A program made the position numbers and the translations under genes. The notes beneath the pieces were generated by a model. That model ran no database searches. It was not told the origin of the DNA and saw only the letters and a list, made by a program, of their open reading frames with translations. A stretch of 64,000 bases of DNA from an uncultured Gammaproteobacteria bacterium (GTDB lineage Bacteria > Patescibacteriota > Patescibacteriia > UBA9934 > CAZDDW01), in the NCBI GenBank assembly GCA_964504365.1, contig CAZDDW010000003.1, positions 8,031 through 72,030 of the forward strand. The letters are read 5' to 3'. This document shows, one piece after another, positions 30,145-40,403 of the stretch. Every line of letters starts with the position of its first letter. Within the stretch, counting starts at the first letter, position 1.

Positions 30145-30260
30145 AACATGACTAGCTTACCAATATTTACAGGCCAAGACAACAACTTGACGGATAAGAC
30201 AAATAGGAGTACTCTGGCCTTCCTGGTTCCTTCAACCCCGCGACACAAAGGAGATAACAT

Positions 30261-30983
30261 ATGTCGCTGGTATTCCAACCTCTTCCCAACGCGCTACTGG
30301 CCCTGGCCAAGCTGCCCCATGGCAGGATCATCGACGACGATGACAACACCTACACCATCATGCACGAAGGTGAGGCCGAAGCGGCCCTGGTCGCACTGAG
30401 CGAAGCTGGGTGCGACGAAGACATGGTCGAACTCATGCGCACCGAGCTGATCGCGCTCAACTTCCCAGCGGATCTAGGCGAGCTGATCCTGGCCCTGACC
30501 CAGGTCAACCTGGGCGATGACTTCGACCCGGGCGACCTGAGCTTCGAAATCTGCGAACCCGACGAGGACATCAAGGTGCCGCATGGCCAGATCATTCAGG
30601 ACGATCACCTCGCCGGCGCCTCGGCAATCACCAGCATGGAGCACGCGCTCTCCATCATGATGGTCGGTGCCAGGGATGGGTTCATTACCGCCGAACAGGG
30701 AATCTTCCTGCTCAAGCAAATGGCTGCGGCCGACCTGATGCTCACCCAGAAGCAAGTGCTGGCCCACCACGGCTACACCCGAGACACTGACGGCACCTAC
30801 CGCTCCGAGGCCCGGGACGGATCGACCAAAGTCGAAACGGCTACCCGGATCCTTCACATGGGACCGCTGACGATCCTCGTTTCCAGAATCGAGACCACCG
30901 AGATCGACGGCGAGGACGAGCCGCGCGACACGGTCGAGGATGACGAGGGCGGTGACAGCCCGACCGAGGGCGGCGGCTGGTAG
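30261..30983 (+). CDS. GC-rich hypothetical acidic protein
   Basis: Ribosome-binding site aaaggaga 6 nt before the ATG; promoter TTGACG, 17 nt, TACTCT upstream. High GC; no recognisable motif. Confidence 0.45.
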   Translation: MSLVFQPLPNALLALAKLPHGRIIDDDDNTYTIMHEGEAEAALVALSEAGCDEDMVELMRTELIALNFPADLGELILALTQVNLGDDFDPGDLSFEICEPDEDIKVPHGQIIQDDHLAGASAITSMEHALSIMMVGARDGFITAEQGIFLLKQMAAADLMLTQKQVLAHHGYTRDTDGTYRSEARDGSTKVETATRILHMGPLTILVSRIETTEIDGEDEPRDTVEDDEGGDSPTEGGGW

Positions 30984-31061
30984 CCCAGACCAGCACAGAA
31001 CACAAAACTGACCCACACAGGATCAGTCGACTCTATACCACGGACGCAAGTTCGTGGTTCT

Positions 31062-31802
31062 TTATTTCTCCACCCGAACCACTTGATCAATAAACAAATT
31101 CAAAATCCGGTTTGCTTCTGGCGTTTCTTTAGATTCATTAATCACTTTATCCAATTCTTCGCTTTGTTCAAAATATTTCTTTTTATAAAAACTCATCCGT
31201 ACTACCACGTCTTTATGTTCCAACTCTGGATGAAACTGAATTGCATATATCGGCCGATCCTCAAAAACAAATACTTCGCAACAATTCTTTTTATGATTAG
31301 TAATAATATCTCTTGTCCCTGGTGGAGGTGCAATAACACTGTGGCTGTGTCCAATCTGAACAAAAAAACTTTCTGGCAAGTACCGAAAAATTGGATCGTC
31401 TTTTCCTTCTTCAGTGCAACGCATTTCAATCGTACCAATTTCCCGTAATGCAGGATCCTGAACAACCTCTCCACCAAAAGCTAAGGCAACTACTTCGTGT
31501 CCGTAACCGATAGCCAACATAGGAATTTTTTTATCATGAATTTCTTTAATTAATGCAATCAATTCTGGCAGCCTATCCATTTGTCCTTCTCCAGAAAAAT
31601 AATGTCCAGTCCCCGCCAAAATCACAGCATCCATATCATTAAGCAACGAAGGGTCTAACTGATCACGAAAAATATCAACTCGGAAAAAATTCTCTTGTGG
31701 CACATTTATTAAACGATCAAAACACAAAAACTCGTGTTCTTTCATTTCGTCTTCACGAACTTGCAGAAAAAGTATTTTTAAATTATTTCTGTTCTTGATC
31801 AT
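31062..31802 (-). CDS. class I glutamine amidotransferase-like protein whose nucleophile Cys is replaced (GYG), likely a catalytically dead paralogue
   Basis: GATase1 layout with LAIGYGHEVVA where G-C-G is expected; QFHPELEH retained; low GC like the host backbone. Confidence 0.55.
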   Translation of the reverse strand: MIKNRNNLKILFLQVREDEMKEHEFLCFDRLINVPQENFFRVDIFRDQLDPSLLNDMDAVILAGTGHYFSGEGQMDRLPELIALIKEIHDKKIPMLAIGYGHEVVALAFGGEVVQDPALREIGTIEMRCTEEGKDDPIFRYLPESFFVQIGHSHSVIAPPPGTRDIITNHKKNCCEVFVFEDRPIYAIQFHPELEHKDVVVRMSFYKKKYFEQSEELDKVINESKETPEANRILNLFIDQVVRVEK

Positions 31803-32145
31803 ACATAAATATTCATATCATAAAAAAGAAGAAGCGTCGACCCGACACATCTTCTGGACCAGCTATGCTGGCCTGCCATCCGAAGCTTTAGCGAAGGATG
31901 GCGCTCCAGCCCGGCTGGGCTGCAATGGCTCTGTATCTATTACGGATATACCTTGCCAGGTTACGCACTGATCAGCCGCGAAGCCAATGAGAACGCTCTG
32001 ACAAGACGCGAACCGGTTGGACCTTGCTAAAAAGCTTGATCCGAATGTTTGAAAATTTGACCCATAGCAGTTACCAACCGTCTGAAGCCTTTATATTATA
32101 CCATTTTTTTGCTGTCTTTTGCGCTTTTCCGTATAAGTACGTATA

Positions 32146-32166
32146 AGAAAAAGAGGACAAGCTGTC
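32146..32166 (-). terminator. terminator of the 32169 gene
   Basis: agaggacaagctgtcctct hairpin followed by a T-run on the minus strand. Confidence 0.5.
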
Positions 32167-32168
32167 CT

Positions 32169-32945
32169 CTATTGATCCACACGTTTTTCCACAGCTACAG
32201 TGGAAAAGTCAAAGCCAAAAACATGGGCCATGAAGAGCTGAAGCAGACCAGAGGCTTCAGGCGAAGGCTTAAGACCGTCATGGATTCGTTGCAGTGCATC
32301 GCGATCCTCTACGTACAAAGCCTTGTAGTAGGCCAAACGCTCTTTAAAGCTGTCTTCATCCAACTCAGCGTGGAACTGAGTGGCATAGATTGGCTTATCT
32401 GGAAAAGCAAAAGCCTGGACCAGTGAAGCTTCGCTGCGGGCCAAAACAACTGCCCCATCAGGCACCCTAGTAATGAAATCCTTATGCCCTTGCTGGGTAT
32501 TAAAACTACCGGGCAGCTGGGAGAAGATCGGATCCACTTGGCCCTCTTGGGTCAAGGAAACTGTGTAGCTTCCCATTTCCTGATCTTCTGGACGGTACTC
32601 GACTCGACCACCAAGTGCTTCAGCTAAAATCTGAGCACCAAAACAAATACCAAAAGTTGGCATGTTCTGTGTGGCTGCAGCACGAACCACCTCAAGCAAT
32701 TCTTGCCAATGTGGCAGGTCACCCTTGGACACAGCGAAAGATCCGCAGCCAGGTAACAAGAGAAGGTCATGACCATCAAGATCACTGACCCGAGGTGCCG
32801 TGGTCAGAGTATCAACTATCGTCAACTGATCTTCAGGAAGACCGCTGATTCGTTTTAGACATTCTAGTTCTGGACCTTTTGTGTCCGCTTCTCGGAATTG
32901 GTAGATGAGCACTTTCAGCTCCTTTGGTTGTTTTAAGGATTTCAT
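32169..32945 (-). CDS. class I glutamine amidotransferase-like protein (active-type, peptidase C26-like); paralogue of the 31062 gene
   Basis: GICFGAQILAEALGG with the nucleophile Cys, and QFHAELDE; same layout as the 31062 gene but with visibly higher GC. Confidence 0.6.
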   Translation of the reverse strand: MKSLKQPKELKVLIYQFREADTKGPELECLKRISGLPEDQLTIVDTLTTAPRVSDLDGHDLLLLPGCGSFAVSKGDLPHWQELLEVVRAAATQNMPTFGICFGAQILAEALGGRVEYRPEDQEMGSYTVSLTQEGQVDPIFSQLPGSFNTQQGHKDFITRVPDGAVVLARSEASLVQAFAFPDKPIYATQFHAELDEDSFKERLAYYKALYVEDRDALQRIHDGLKPSPEASGLLQLFMAHVFGFDFSTVAVEKRVDQ

Positions 32946-33042
32946 GTTTTCATGTTTTAATTATTTTCTCTTTTCTTTCATGGCCTCTGTTGAGACCAGG
33001 AAAGAGAAGAGCTGCGCGCTTGCATTGCGCGCAGCGTAGAAG

Positions 33043-34383
33043 TTAGAGAGGCAGGAACACTCGACTGCGTCGTGTCTCGATCCGATGCAATCGATCGTGG
33101 TAGCGGTGACGAACACCCTCAGCCTGATCACGATTGGCACCCACAAAGAACAGAGTGGCCTTGCCTGAACCGCGCCAGCAGCCCGGATTACCAGGAACGA
33201 TTCCAGGACGATCCGTACCGTCATAGAGCATCCCATCGACCCGATGATGAATCAGGTCTTCGTGGCCCATACCCTTAGGTATTTCAGTGTTCTCCATAAC
33301 CACACTGCAACTGCCACCGAAACGCGGAGCAACCTGATCAGCGAACGAGCAGACATACTTGGCCGCAGTACCGCGACCATTGATCTCGATCACGTAGACA
33401 AAGACCATTCCGGCGAAACGGATGACCAACAGGTCGATCCCAATAGTCCGAACCATTTCCTGGTCTGGTTGACCGCCACGACCAACACCCCGTCGAACAG
33501 CTTCGTTGCAAAACGGAATGATTGCTCGCATGATCGCCTGGTAGACTTGTACATCGACCAAGAACTGACCGACCGAGACAATATTGCCCTTGTGGGCATT
33601 GCCTTCGGTGATCTGCTGCGTTAGTTTGAGCAGTTTCCAACCGCCCAAACCAACAGCCACCTGGGCGCTGATCTCAGTCATATCGAACATGTCAGCCGGA
33701 TAAGCCGCCTCGATCACCAGTTGCTTGTGGCCATGCTCGGCCAAGAACTGAGCCACCTCAGCAGGATCCGTTCCTGGACCAACGAGCAAGTTGCTTGCTC
33801 CCCCATCAGCACCTGGGTCCTTGAGCATGACCGAATCAGTCTCCAGAACTTCGGCCGCCTCAGCCAAAACTTGTTGACGCAAGCGATCGAAATCGCCTAG
33901 ATTGCGAAACATGCTCCGCCAGGCCGTGAAGTGACCAGCTGCACCAGGCAAGAGTCGAGCACTGAGCTTGTGATCGAACAGTTCTGCCAGGTTTGGCTCG
34001 ATCGCCGCAGTATCACGGAAGCGCAGACCAAGCATCTGGCGAACCAAGAAGCTCAGCCGCGGGGTGAACAAACTCAACGGCCTTCCCTGCGCAACAGATC
34101 GTTGCACCTGTTGCAGCTCATCAGCGTAGCGCAGCAATCCCCGGGTCAGGTCACCACCAGGAACGACCACTAGCTGGTCAGCCCCAAGCTCGATCTGACG
34201 CATGTAGGCAAAAGTATCTTCGATATCCAGACGCGTCCCCTGCGTATCGGCACCAGTCACAGTCATGCCTGGGCAGACCAGGCTCCGGCTGGCGTAGTTA
34301 GCCAACCCACCGATATCAATCCCGCGACTCCGAAACGGAGTCATGTCGTCTACGTTCGTCTGCAGCCGCGTGAATGCGTCCAC
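33043..34383 (-). CDS. GC-rich putative ATP-grasp family ligase
   Basis: VMLKDPGADGGASNLL resembles the ATP-grasp glycine-rich loop (compare glutathione synthetase VKPLDGMGGASI), and VFVYVIEINGRG resembles the E-x-N motif. Likely GTG start at VDAFTRLQ with ribosome-binding site aaagagggg. Confidence 0.4.
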   Translation of the reverse strand: MDAFTRLQTNVDDMTPFRSRGIDIGGLANYASRSLVCPGMTVTGADTQGTRLDIEDTFAYMRQIELGADQLVVVPGGDLTRGLLRYADELQQVQRSVAQGRPLSLFTPRLSFLVRQMLGLRFRDTAAIEPNLAELFDHKLSARLLPGAAGHFTAWRSMFRNLGDFDRLRQQVLAEAAEVLETDSVMLKDPGADGGASNLLVGPGTDPAEVAQFLAEHGHKQLVIEAAYPADMFDMTEISAQVAVGLGGWKLLKLTQQITEGNAHKGNIVSVGQFLVDVQVYQAIMRAIIPFCNEAVRRGVGRGGQPDQEMVRTIGIDLLVIRFAGMVFVYVIEINGRGTAAKYVCSFADQVAPRFGGSCSVVMENTEIPKGMGHEDLIHHRVDGMLYDGTDRPGIVPGNPGCWRGSGKATLFFVGANRDQAEGVRHRYHDRLHRIETRRSRVFLPL

Positions 34384-34634
34384 TGGTTTCCCCTCTTTGG
34401 TTAAAATGTGCACAAAACAAAACGACCTCACTCATGAGGCCGTCCCTGTTTACCAGATTATGTCTAAATAATCAAGAACGGCCTTATGAAATAAAGAGGT
34501 CAATAATAAGTCCTACGAACATGTCGCGGTCAACTTTTCCAATTTGTGTCGCAGGATAATTCATATCGAATGTAAATCTATCATACCTTATTTTTCCGGT
34601 CAAATTAAGGGGGGCTGTGGATAGTCGACCAGGC

Positions 34635-34663
34635 CTTGATTCTTTTCGCTCAATCAACTATAA
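34635..34663 (+). promoter_or_regulatory. sigma70 promoter of ndk (TTGATT, 17 nt, TATAAT)
   Basis: TTGATT cttttcgctcaatcaac TATAAT lies about 30 nt upstream of the ndk start. Confidence 0.5.
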
Positions 34664-34691
34664 TATGGCCAAAATTAACCTAAGAATAATT

Positions 34692-35285
34692 ATGCCAGAA
34701 AATCCAAAACAGGAAAAAACTTTTCTGATGGTAAAGCCAGACGGTGTCAAACGCGGTATCATCGGTGACATTATCACTCGCTGTGAGCAGCGTAACCTGA
34801 AAGTCGTAGCAATCAAAATGGAACTTGCCACTCACGAGCAAATGGATAATCATTATCCAAAAGATCCAGCCTGGGTTACTCGAGTTGGTGAAAAAACCTT
34901 AAAGACCTATCACAAGGCTGGTTGGGATGCTAAGAATGAACTTGGTACTGATGACCCAGCAGAGATTGGTGCCATGGTCCGTAAATGGTTGATTGAATTC
35001 ATGACTTCAGCACCTGTAGTCAAGATGGTCATCCAAGGTGTGCGTTCTGTAGATATGGTCCGCAAGATCGCCGGATCAACCATGCCAGCTGATGCAGACA
35101 TGGGAACTATCCGCGGCGACTATTCAGTTGACACCGCATTAATCGCCAATGCTGAAAAACGTCCAGTACGAAACATTGTTCATGCTTCAGAGACACCAGA
35201 AGAAGCAGCACATGAGATTGAACATTGGTTTGATGCTGGCGAGATCTGTGAGTATAGTAGAAGCGAAGAAGAAATGCAGTTCTAG
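34692..35285 (+). CDS. ndk: nucleoside diphosphate kinase with an internal insertion
   Basis: TFLMVKPDGVKRGIIGDIITRCEQ and the NIVHASE catalytic region; about 50 aa longer than a canonical Ndk. Confidence 0.8.
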   Translation: MPENPKQEKTFLMVKPDGVKRGIIGDIITRCEQRNLKVVAIKMELATHEQMDNHYPKDPAWVTRVGEKTLKTYHKAGWDAKNELGTDDPAEIGAMVRKWLIEFMTSAPVVKMVIQGVRSVDMVRKIAGSTMPADADMGTIRGDYSVDTALIANAEKRPVRNIVHASETPEEAAHEIEHWFDAGEICEYSRSEEEMQF

Positions 35286-37660
35286 AAAATTAGCGGCTTG
35301 GATCGGATAACTTGATCCAAACCATCAGAAATCAAAAGTACATCAGCATCCAGGTCTGTTCGCCAGATCTGGATGTTTTGATCCTGTAGCCGCTGCAACA
35401 CAACCGGATGTGGGTGGCCGTAGGAGTTGTCTTCGCCAACAGTAATCACCGCGGTTTCGATATCAAGTAATTCTAAAAACCGGACTGAACTCGAGCTGAT
35501 ACTGCCGTGGTGCGGGACTTTGAGTACATCAATCTGATTTGAAACATTGCGCAGCACTTCGGCTTCTTGCTCTTGATACATGTCGCCGGTGAACAGAATC
35601 ACAGTCTCACCATGGGCTAACTCAATCACGATCGAGGTCTCGTTGACTTCGTCGATATTTTCATTTTCAAATGATTGATCAGGGAACACAGCTCGCAAAC
35701 CATAACCAAGATCCATTGAATCATCCACGATCGTCACCTGCCCCACCCTTTCTTCAAACGCGTCTAAATAACTTGACCGATAATTCACTCCGGTCATGAC
35801 CACCTGATCGATCTGGTAACGATCCAAAACTTCGATCAAACCAGAGATGTGATCTGAGTGCGGGTGTGTTGAAATAATCATGTCAATCGAACGATCCCAA
35901 AACGGCATAACTGCGCCCAGTTTCGATAACACAGCTTCTCCTGGACCGCCATCAATCAAAATCTGTTTGTTGTCAGGAGTTTGAATAAACACGGCGTCAC
36001 CTTGTCCGACATCAAAAAACCATACGCGGAGCTGTTTGTTTGTATTCAATGTTGAGCCAGTACTATCGAATGTTTGAAAACCAAAACATGCTACGAATAA
36101 AATTGTAAATGATGTGATCGCTAACCCCCAACGTCTACTTCCGTGAAAATGTTCTCGTCGCAATCTGGTTTTGCGATACAACCAGAACAACCAAGCGATC
36201 AGCGCTATCGCGATCACGCTGGCTACGACTTCACTCCAGGGAATCGACACGCTGGCGATCGAAAGTGAACCAAACCAGCGGATAATGTAAAGCATGGTTG
36301 ACAAGCATGTCCAGGCAGCAATTGAAACAAACGCGGCCAGCTTAGTCGAGATAAATCCAACAACGATCGCAATCGCACCAAAGCCCATGGCATACGGAAC
36401 CAGTGGCAGAACCAAGAAATTAACTAATGGCGATACGATCGAGAGCTGTCCAAACTGCAAAATGAGAATTGGCAAAGTCATGATCGTTGCTGCCAAAGTT
36501 GAAACGATCGCCTCGCGAAAACCTCCGGTCGCAGGAATGAATCGGAACTTGTGCTCGATCCGAGGAACAATCATAACCAGCCCGATCGTGGCTAAAAACG
36601 ATAACTGAAAACCAACGTCGTCGAGCAATAATCTTGGATTCACAAAAAGCATCGCCACCGCAGTCAGAGCCAGAATATTTCGCAACGCAGAATCATTTCG
36701 CGCTCGACCCAAAGACCGGCCAAAGACAACAATCAAGCCCATCACTCCAGCACGAGTCACGGCTGGATCAAACCCGGCAACAACAACGTAAATCCCAATC
36801 GCTCCAGCCACCAGAGCCAACGCTGTACGCCGGCGAAAGAGCAGAGCAACGAGGGCCAAGAATAAAAAGCGAGAAAAAATACTAACGTTATATCCAGACG
36901 CGGCTAGGATATGCGAAGTGCCAGTGTCAACAAAATCTTGTCGCAGATCAGAAGAGATTGAGCCCTTGCCCCCAAAAAGCAGGCCGGACAAAAAAGTCGA
37001 ATGTGGTTCAGAAAATATCTGTTCAGTTTTGTTGTATATCACTTGTTTAAAATCGAACAATGTTGATCGAAGTGTTGTCACCTGATTTGATCGAACATCA
37101 ACTGCATCCGGCCACCAACACACAGCAAGCACGCCGCGCGTACGCAAATATCGATCATAAGCAAACCCATCAAATGGTTCTGGTACTTCAAGCTCACATC
37201 GAAAAGCCACCTCGTCCCCGAAACTTATCGTTGGATACTTTGGCATCCAAACCATGACCTTGCCCAAAGCATGCTCATCAGCGACCAGAACATGATCAAT
37301 CGTCACCTGCTGCGACTGAGCTTTTTCAACCACCTCATCAGAAACAACACCTTCGATGCGCACTTCGCGATTCAAAGTATCAGAGACTAGAAACGCATCA
37401 ACTGGTAAAAAAACCTGTGAAAAGCGCCAAAGTCCAAGAAGAAAGAAAAAAAGAAATAAAAATACAAAACACATGGCACGACGTGCGACGTGCGACACGC
37501 TCACCACTACCCCAACCAAACACCCCAACATTCCACCAACCAACCACCCATTCCATAAAGGTTCACCAACTAACCCACCAACAAAAATCCCGAGCAAAAA
37601 CCCGAGCAACACCACGAACAAAGATCGTGAAGGAGATTTAACGATTGATTCCAACTCCAT
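35282..37660 (-). CDS. comEC: DNA internalization competence protein ComEC/Rec2 with a C-terminal metallo-beta-lactamase domain
   Basis: Polytopic transmembrane region followed by ISTHPHSDHISGL. Confidence 0.8.
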   Translation of the reverse strand: MELESIVKSPSRSLFVVLLGFLLGIFVGGLVGEPLWNGWLVGGMLGCLVGVVVSVSHVARRAMCFVFLFLFFFLLGLWRFSQVFLPVDAFLVSDTLNREVRIEGVVSDEVVEKAQSQQVTIDHVLVADEHALGKVMVWMPKYPTISFGDEVAFRCELEVPEPFDGFAYDRYLRTRGVLAVCWWPDAVDVRSNQVTTLRSTLFDFKQVIYNKTEQIFSEPHSTFLSGLLFGGKGSISSDLRQDFVDTGTSHILAASGYNVSIFSRFLFLALVALLFRRRTALALVAGAIGIYVVVAGFDPAVTRAGVMGLIVVFGRSLGRARNDSALRNILALTAVAMLFVNPRLLLDDVGFQLSFLATIGLVMIVPRIEHKFRFIPATGGFREAIVSTLAATIMTLPILILQFGQLSIVSPLVNFLVLPLVPYAMGFGAIAIVVGFISTKLAAFVSIAAWTCLSTMLYIIRWFGSLSIASVSIPWSEVVASVIAIALIAWLFWLYRKTRLRREHFHGSRRWGLAITSFTILFVACFGFQTFDSTGSTLNTNKQLRVWFFDVGQGDAVFIQTPDNKQILIDGGPGEAVLSKLGAVMPFWDRSIDMIISTHPHSDHISGLIEVLDRYQIDQVVMTGVNYRSSYLDAFEERVGQVTIVDDSMDLGYGLRAVFPDQSFENENIDEVNETSIVIELAHGETVILFTGDMYQEQEAEVLRNVSNQIDVLKVPHHGSISSSSVRFLELLDIETAVITVGEDNSYGHPHPVVLQRLQDQNIQIWRTDLDADVLLISDGLDQVIRSKPLIF

Positions 37661-38954
37661 AATAAGCAAATCCTTTTTCAAACAAATCCATATCAGCCAA
37701 TAAATTACGGCCATCAAAAATCACGGCCCGATGCATACCTTCACGCACACTGTTAAACTGCGCTGCTCGGAACTCTGGCCATTCAGTTAATACCAACAAA
37801 GCGTCGGCACCCTGCACCGCATCCAATGCAGAACCAGCAAGCTCAATCCGATCAGAGAAAATTTGCTTGGCATTCTCAGCTGCTTGCGGATCATAAGCAA
37901 CCACGTCCGCGCCCTCGGCAAAACACTTAGAAATAATATCGATCGCTGCTGACTCACGCACATCATCCGTCCCAGCCTTGAAAGCCAAGCCCCAAACAGC
38001 AATCCTCTTACCACCCAGCTCACCGATAACTGAACGCACCTTGTTTACAAAACGTTCGCGCTGCACGTTATTCACTTCAATTACCGAAGACAACAAACGA
38101 AAATCATGACCATTTTCCCCGGCCAGCTGATGCAAGGCAGTTACATCCTTAGGAAAACATGATCCACCATAACCAATCCCAGCCTTTAGAAACGAACTGC
38201 CGATTCTTCTATCCAAACCAATTGCCTGCGCCACCTGACGTACATCTGCTCCACTAGCCTCGGCCATGTTAGCGATTTCGTTGATAAAAGAAATCTTGGT
38301 TGCCAAAAAAGCATTGGCAGCATACTTGGTTAACTCAGAAGACTCTGGATTCATTACCAACTTCGGACACTCAATCGGTTTGTATAACTCCATGATCAAA
38401 TCCCCGGCCCAAAGTTGATCAACCCCAACAACAATCCGGTCTGGATGTAAAAAATCATTAATCGCTGAACCTTCACGCAAAAACTCTGGGTTCGAAGCAA
38501 CAACAACATTAACCAACATGGTATCACGACCAGAATCAACAACACCTTGATCAACTAATTTCTTTACCTGCCGTGATGTACCGACTGGAACCGTGCTCTT
38601 AGTAATCACGTAAGCATTATGTGCAACGTGCTGCCCAACCTCATAAGCCACCTGCTCAACAAAAGACAGATCAACTCGTCCATCAACTTTCGGTGGCGTA
38701 CCAACACAAATAAAAATAAACGAAGCGTTAGCCACCCCGTCTTTAATCGAATCTTTAAAATGCAGCTTCCTGGCCTGAACCCCATCGCTAACCAACTCAG
38801 CTAGGCCTGGCTCATAAAACGGCATCTTTCCAGCCTGCAACTGCCTGACCTTGTCCGGATCATTATCTACACAAACCACATTATGCCCGAAGCTAGCCAA
38901 ACAAGCTCCGGTTACCAAACCAACATATCCTGTGCCGATTATCGCAATTTCCAT
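37638..38954 (-). CDS. ugd: UDP-glucose 6-dehydrogenase
   Basis: MEIAIIGTGYVGLVTGACLA (Rossmann fold) and GGSCFPKD. Confidence 0.85.
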   Translation of the reverse strand: MEIAIIGTGYVGLVTGACLASFGHNVVCVDNDPDKVRQLQAGKMPFYEPGLAELVSDGVQARKLHFKDSIKDGVANASFIFICVGTPPKVDGRVDLSFVEQVAYEVGQHVAHNAYVITKSTVPVGTSRQVKKLVDQGVVDSGRDTMLVNVVVASNPEFLREGSAINDFLHPDRIVVGVDQLWAGDLIMELYKPIECPKLVMNPESSELTKYAANAFLATKISFINEIANMAEASGADVRQVAQAIGLDRRIGSSFLKAGIGYGGSCFPKDVTALHQLAGENGHDFRLLSSVIEVNNVQRERFVNKVRSVIGELGGKRIAVWGLAFKAGTDDVRESAAIDIISKCFAEGADVVAYDPQAAENAKQIFSDRIELAGSALDAVQGADALLVLTEWPEFRAAQFNSVREGMHRAVIFDGRNLLADMDLFEKGFAYYGVGINR

Positions 38955-39008
38955 AGGTCGACACCTTACCAAAAAACTGGCCTTTACGCCAGATGATTTA
39001 TCAAGATA

Positions 39009-39218
39009 GCCGGCCACTTCTCTTGTCGTCAGAAATAAAGAGCCGAGGGGTTTTGAATTGTGGAACGATCGGAGGCCGGACTATCAAATCCACTCTATAA
39101 ATAAGTATCATTTTAATGTTCCGGCCGACGCCGAGCGAGGCAATGATCATTCTCGACCCAACCACCCTGCGGGCCGAGCGCTTCCACAATCAAAACCCTG
39201 AGGCTCCCGTGGCCGACC
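39009..39218. mobile_element. MITE-like element copy 2
   Basis: Same terminal sequences as copy 1 (CCGGCCACTTCTCTTGTCGTCAGAAATAAAGAGCCGAGGGGTTTTGAATTGTGGAACGATCGGAGGCCGG ... CTGAGGCTCCCGTGGCCGACC). Sits in the 3' untranslated region of the MFS gene, upstream of ugd. Confidence 0.5.
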
Positions 39219-39222
39219 TAGA

Positions 39223-40401
39223 TTAGTCAATCATGTTAATAAACAGCGCTGCGATCGCGGCAAGGAAAAAGGCCCACGGCAAAGTAACAAAACCGAGCAA
39301 GATCAGCAGCGCAGCTATCATAACCACTCGCCCAATAGTAATCGCCATATCGCGAAGCACCGTATACTCGTCAACATAATGCCCAGCATCTGCAGCCTTC
39401 TCATACATCAGTGCATCAAACGGCGTTCGCATCATGATCAAGGCAAAGTTATGGAAGGTTGAAGCGATGAAGATAGTAAAGGCTGTAGTAACAAAAGCTT
39501 TGATTATCCAACCAATAGCGTAGATCCCGGTTCCAATCTTAAGCAATTTCTTTTTTGATTTGTGGTCAGCCAAGTCACCCATGACCAGACGTATAACCAC
39601 ACTAACCAAAACGATCAAGGTTGAAATAAAACCAACTTCTAAATAATTCCCGTCAAGAACCTCAAAAATGAATATCGGCCAGATCAGATAACCAACCATG
39701 CTCTGAGCACCGTCGGCCATGTAGGCCAAGAACATGTGTCGATGTTCTTTATCAAATAATTTTCTGAAAGTCTCAAAGTAACCAAAGCTATATTCTTCTG
39801 TGACGTGCTGTGAGAAAAACAAAGGTAAAACCGATGCTAGGATGATCGCCCCAGAAGCAAGGAACAATGAGTCATAACCAAACTTGACGATGATGAAACC
39901 GGCCACAAACGGCACAGCGATACTGACGAGTGACGAGATGCTCGACAAAAAGCCAATCGTTCGGCCACGATGACGACGATCAGTAAACTCAGCAAACTCG
40001 GTATGAAATGGAGTCCAATAAAGCATTCGCCAAATATTGTTCAGAGTCAGGGCAATACCAAGAAAAAGCCAAACGTTCTCGAAGTTATCAAAGAAGGCAT
40101 AAAAACCGTGACAGAGCCCGTAGGATAGAACCGCTAAAATCATCATCCACTTCAAACCGATCTTGTTCATTAGCTTGGCCCCGGGAACGAACAAGAAAAC
40201 GGTCAGTCCAAAGTTGATCATGAAGTACCAAAGCAGCACGGTCGGATCATTGCCAAAACTTTCGTACAAAAAAATCGGCAAGAACAGGCCAATCAGGCCA
40301 GCACCGAACTGAATAATCAAACGGTTTGAATACAACGAAACCATGCCCGCGCTAAACTGCGGATGGAATCGGCTGAATCCTCTCATTTTCCTCCAAGGCA
40401 T
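39223..40401 (-). CDS. MFS-type transporter
   Basis: About 12 hydrophobic transmembrane segments; start uncertain. Confidence 0.65.
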   Translation of the reverse strand: MPWRKMRGFSRFHPQFSAGMVSLYSNRLIIQFGAGLIGLFLPIFLYESFGNDPTVLLWYFMINFGLTVFLFVPGAKLMNKIGLKWMMILAVLSYGLCHGFYAFFDNFENVWLFLGIALTLNNIWRMLYWTPFHTEFAEFTDRRHRGRTIGFLSSISSLVSIAVPFVAGFIIVKFGYDSLFLASGAIILASVLPLFFSQHVTEEYSFGYFETFRKLFDKEHRHMFLAYMADGAQSMVGYLIWPIFIFEVLDGNYLEVGFISTLIVLVSVVIRLVMGDLADHKSKKKLLKIGTGIYAIGWIIKAFVTTAFTIFIASTFHNFALIMMRTPFDALMYEKAADAGHYVDEYTVLRDMAITIGRVVMIAALLILLGFVTLPWAFFLAAIAALFINMID

Positions 40402-40403
40402 AT

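Noticed and set aside
39001-39189. ORF 39001..39189 (-) inside MITE-like copy 2
   Set aside because: It lies entirely within the repeat element with no ribosome-binding site, and the equivalent region in copy 1 has no ORF.
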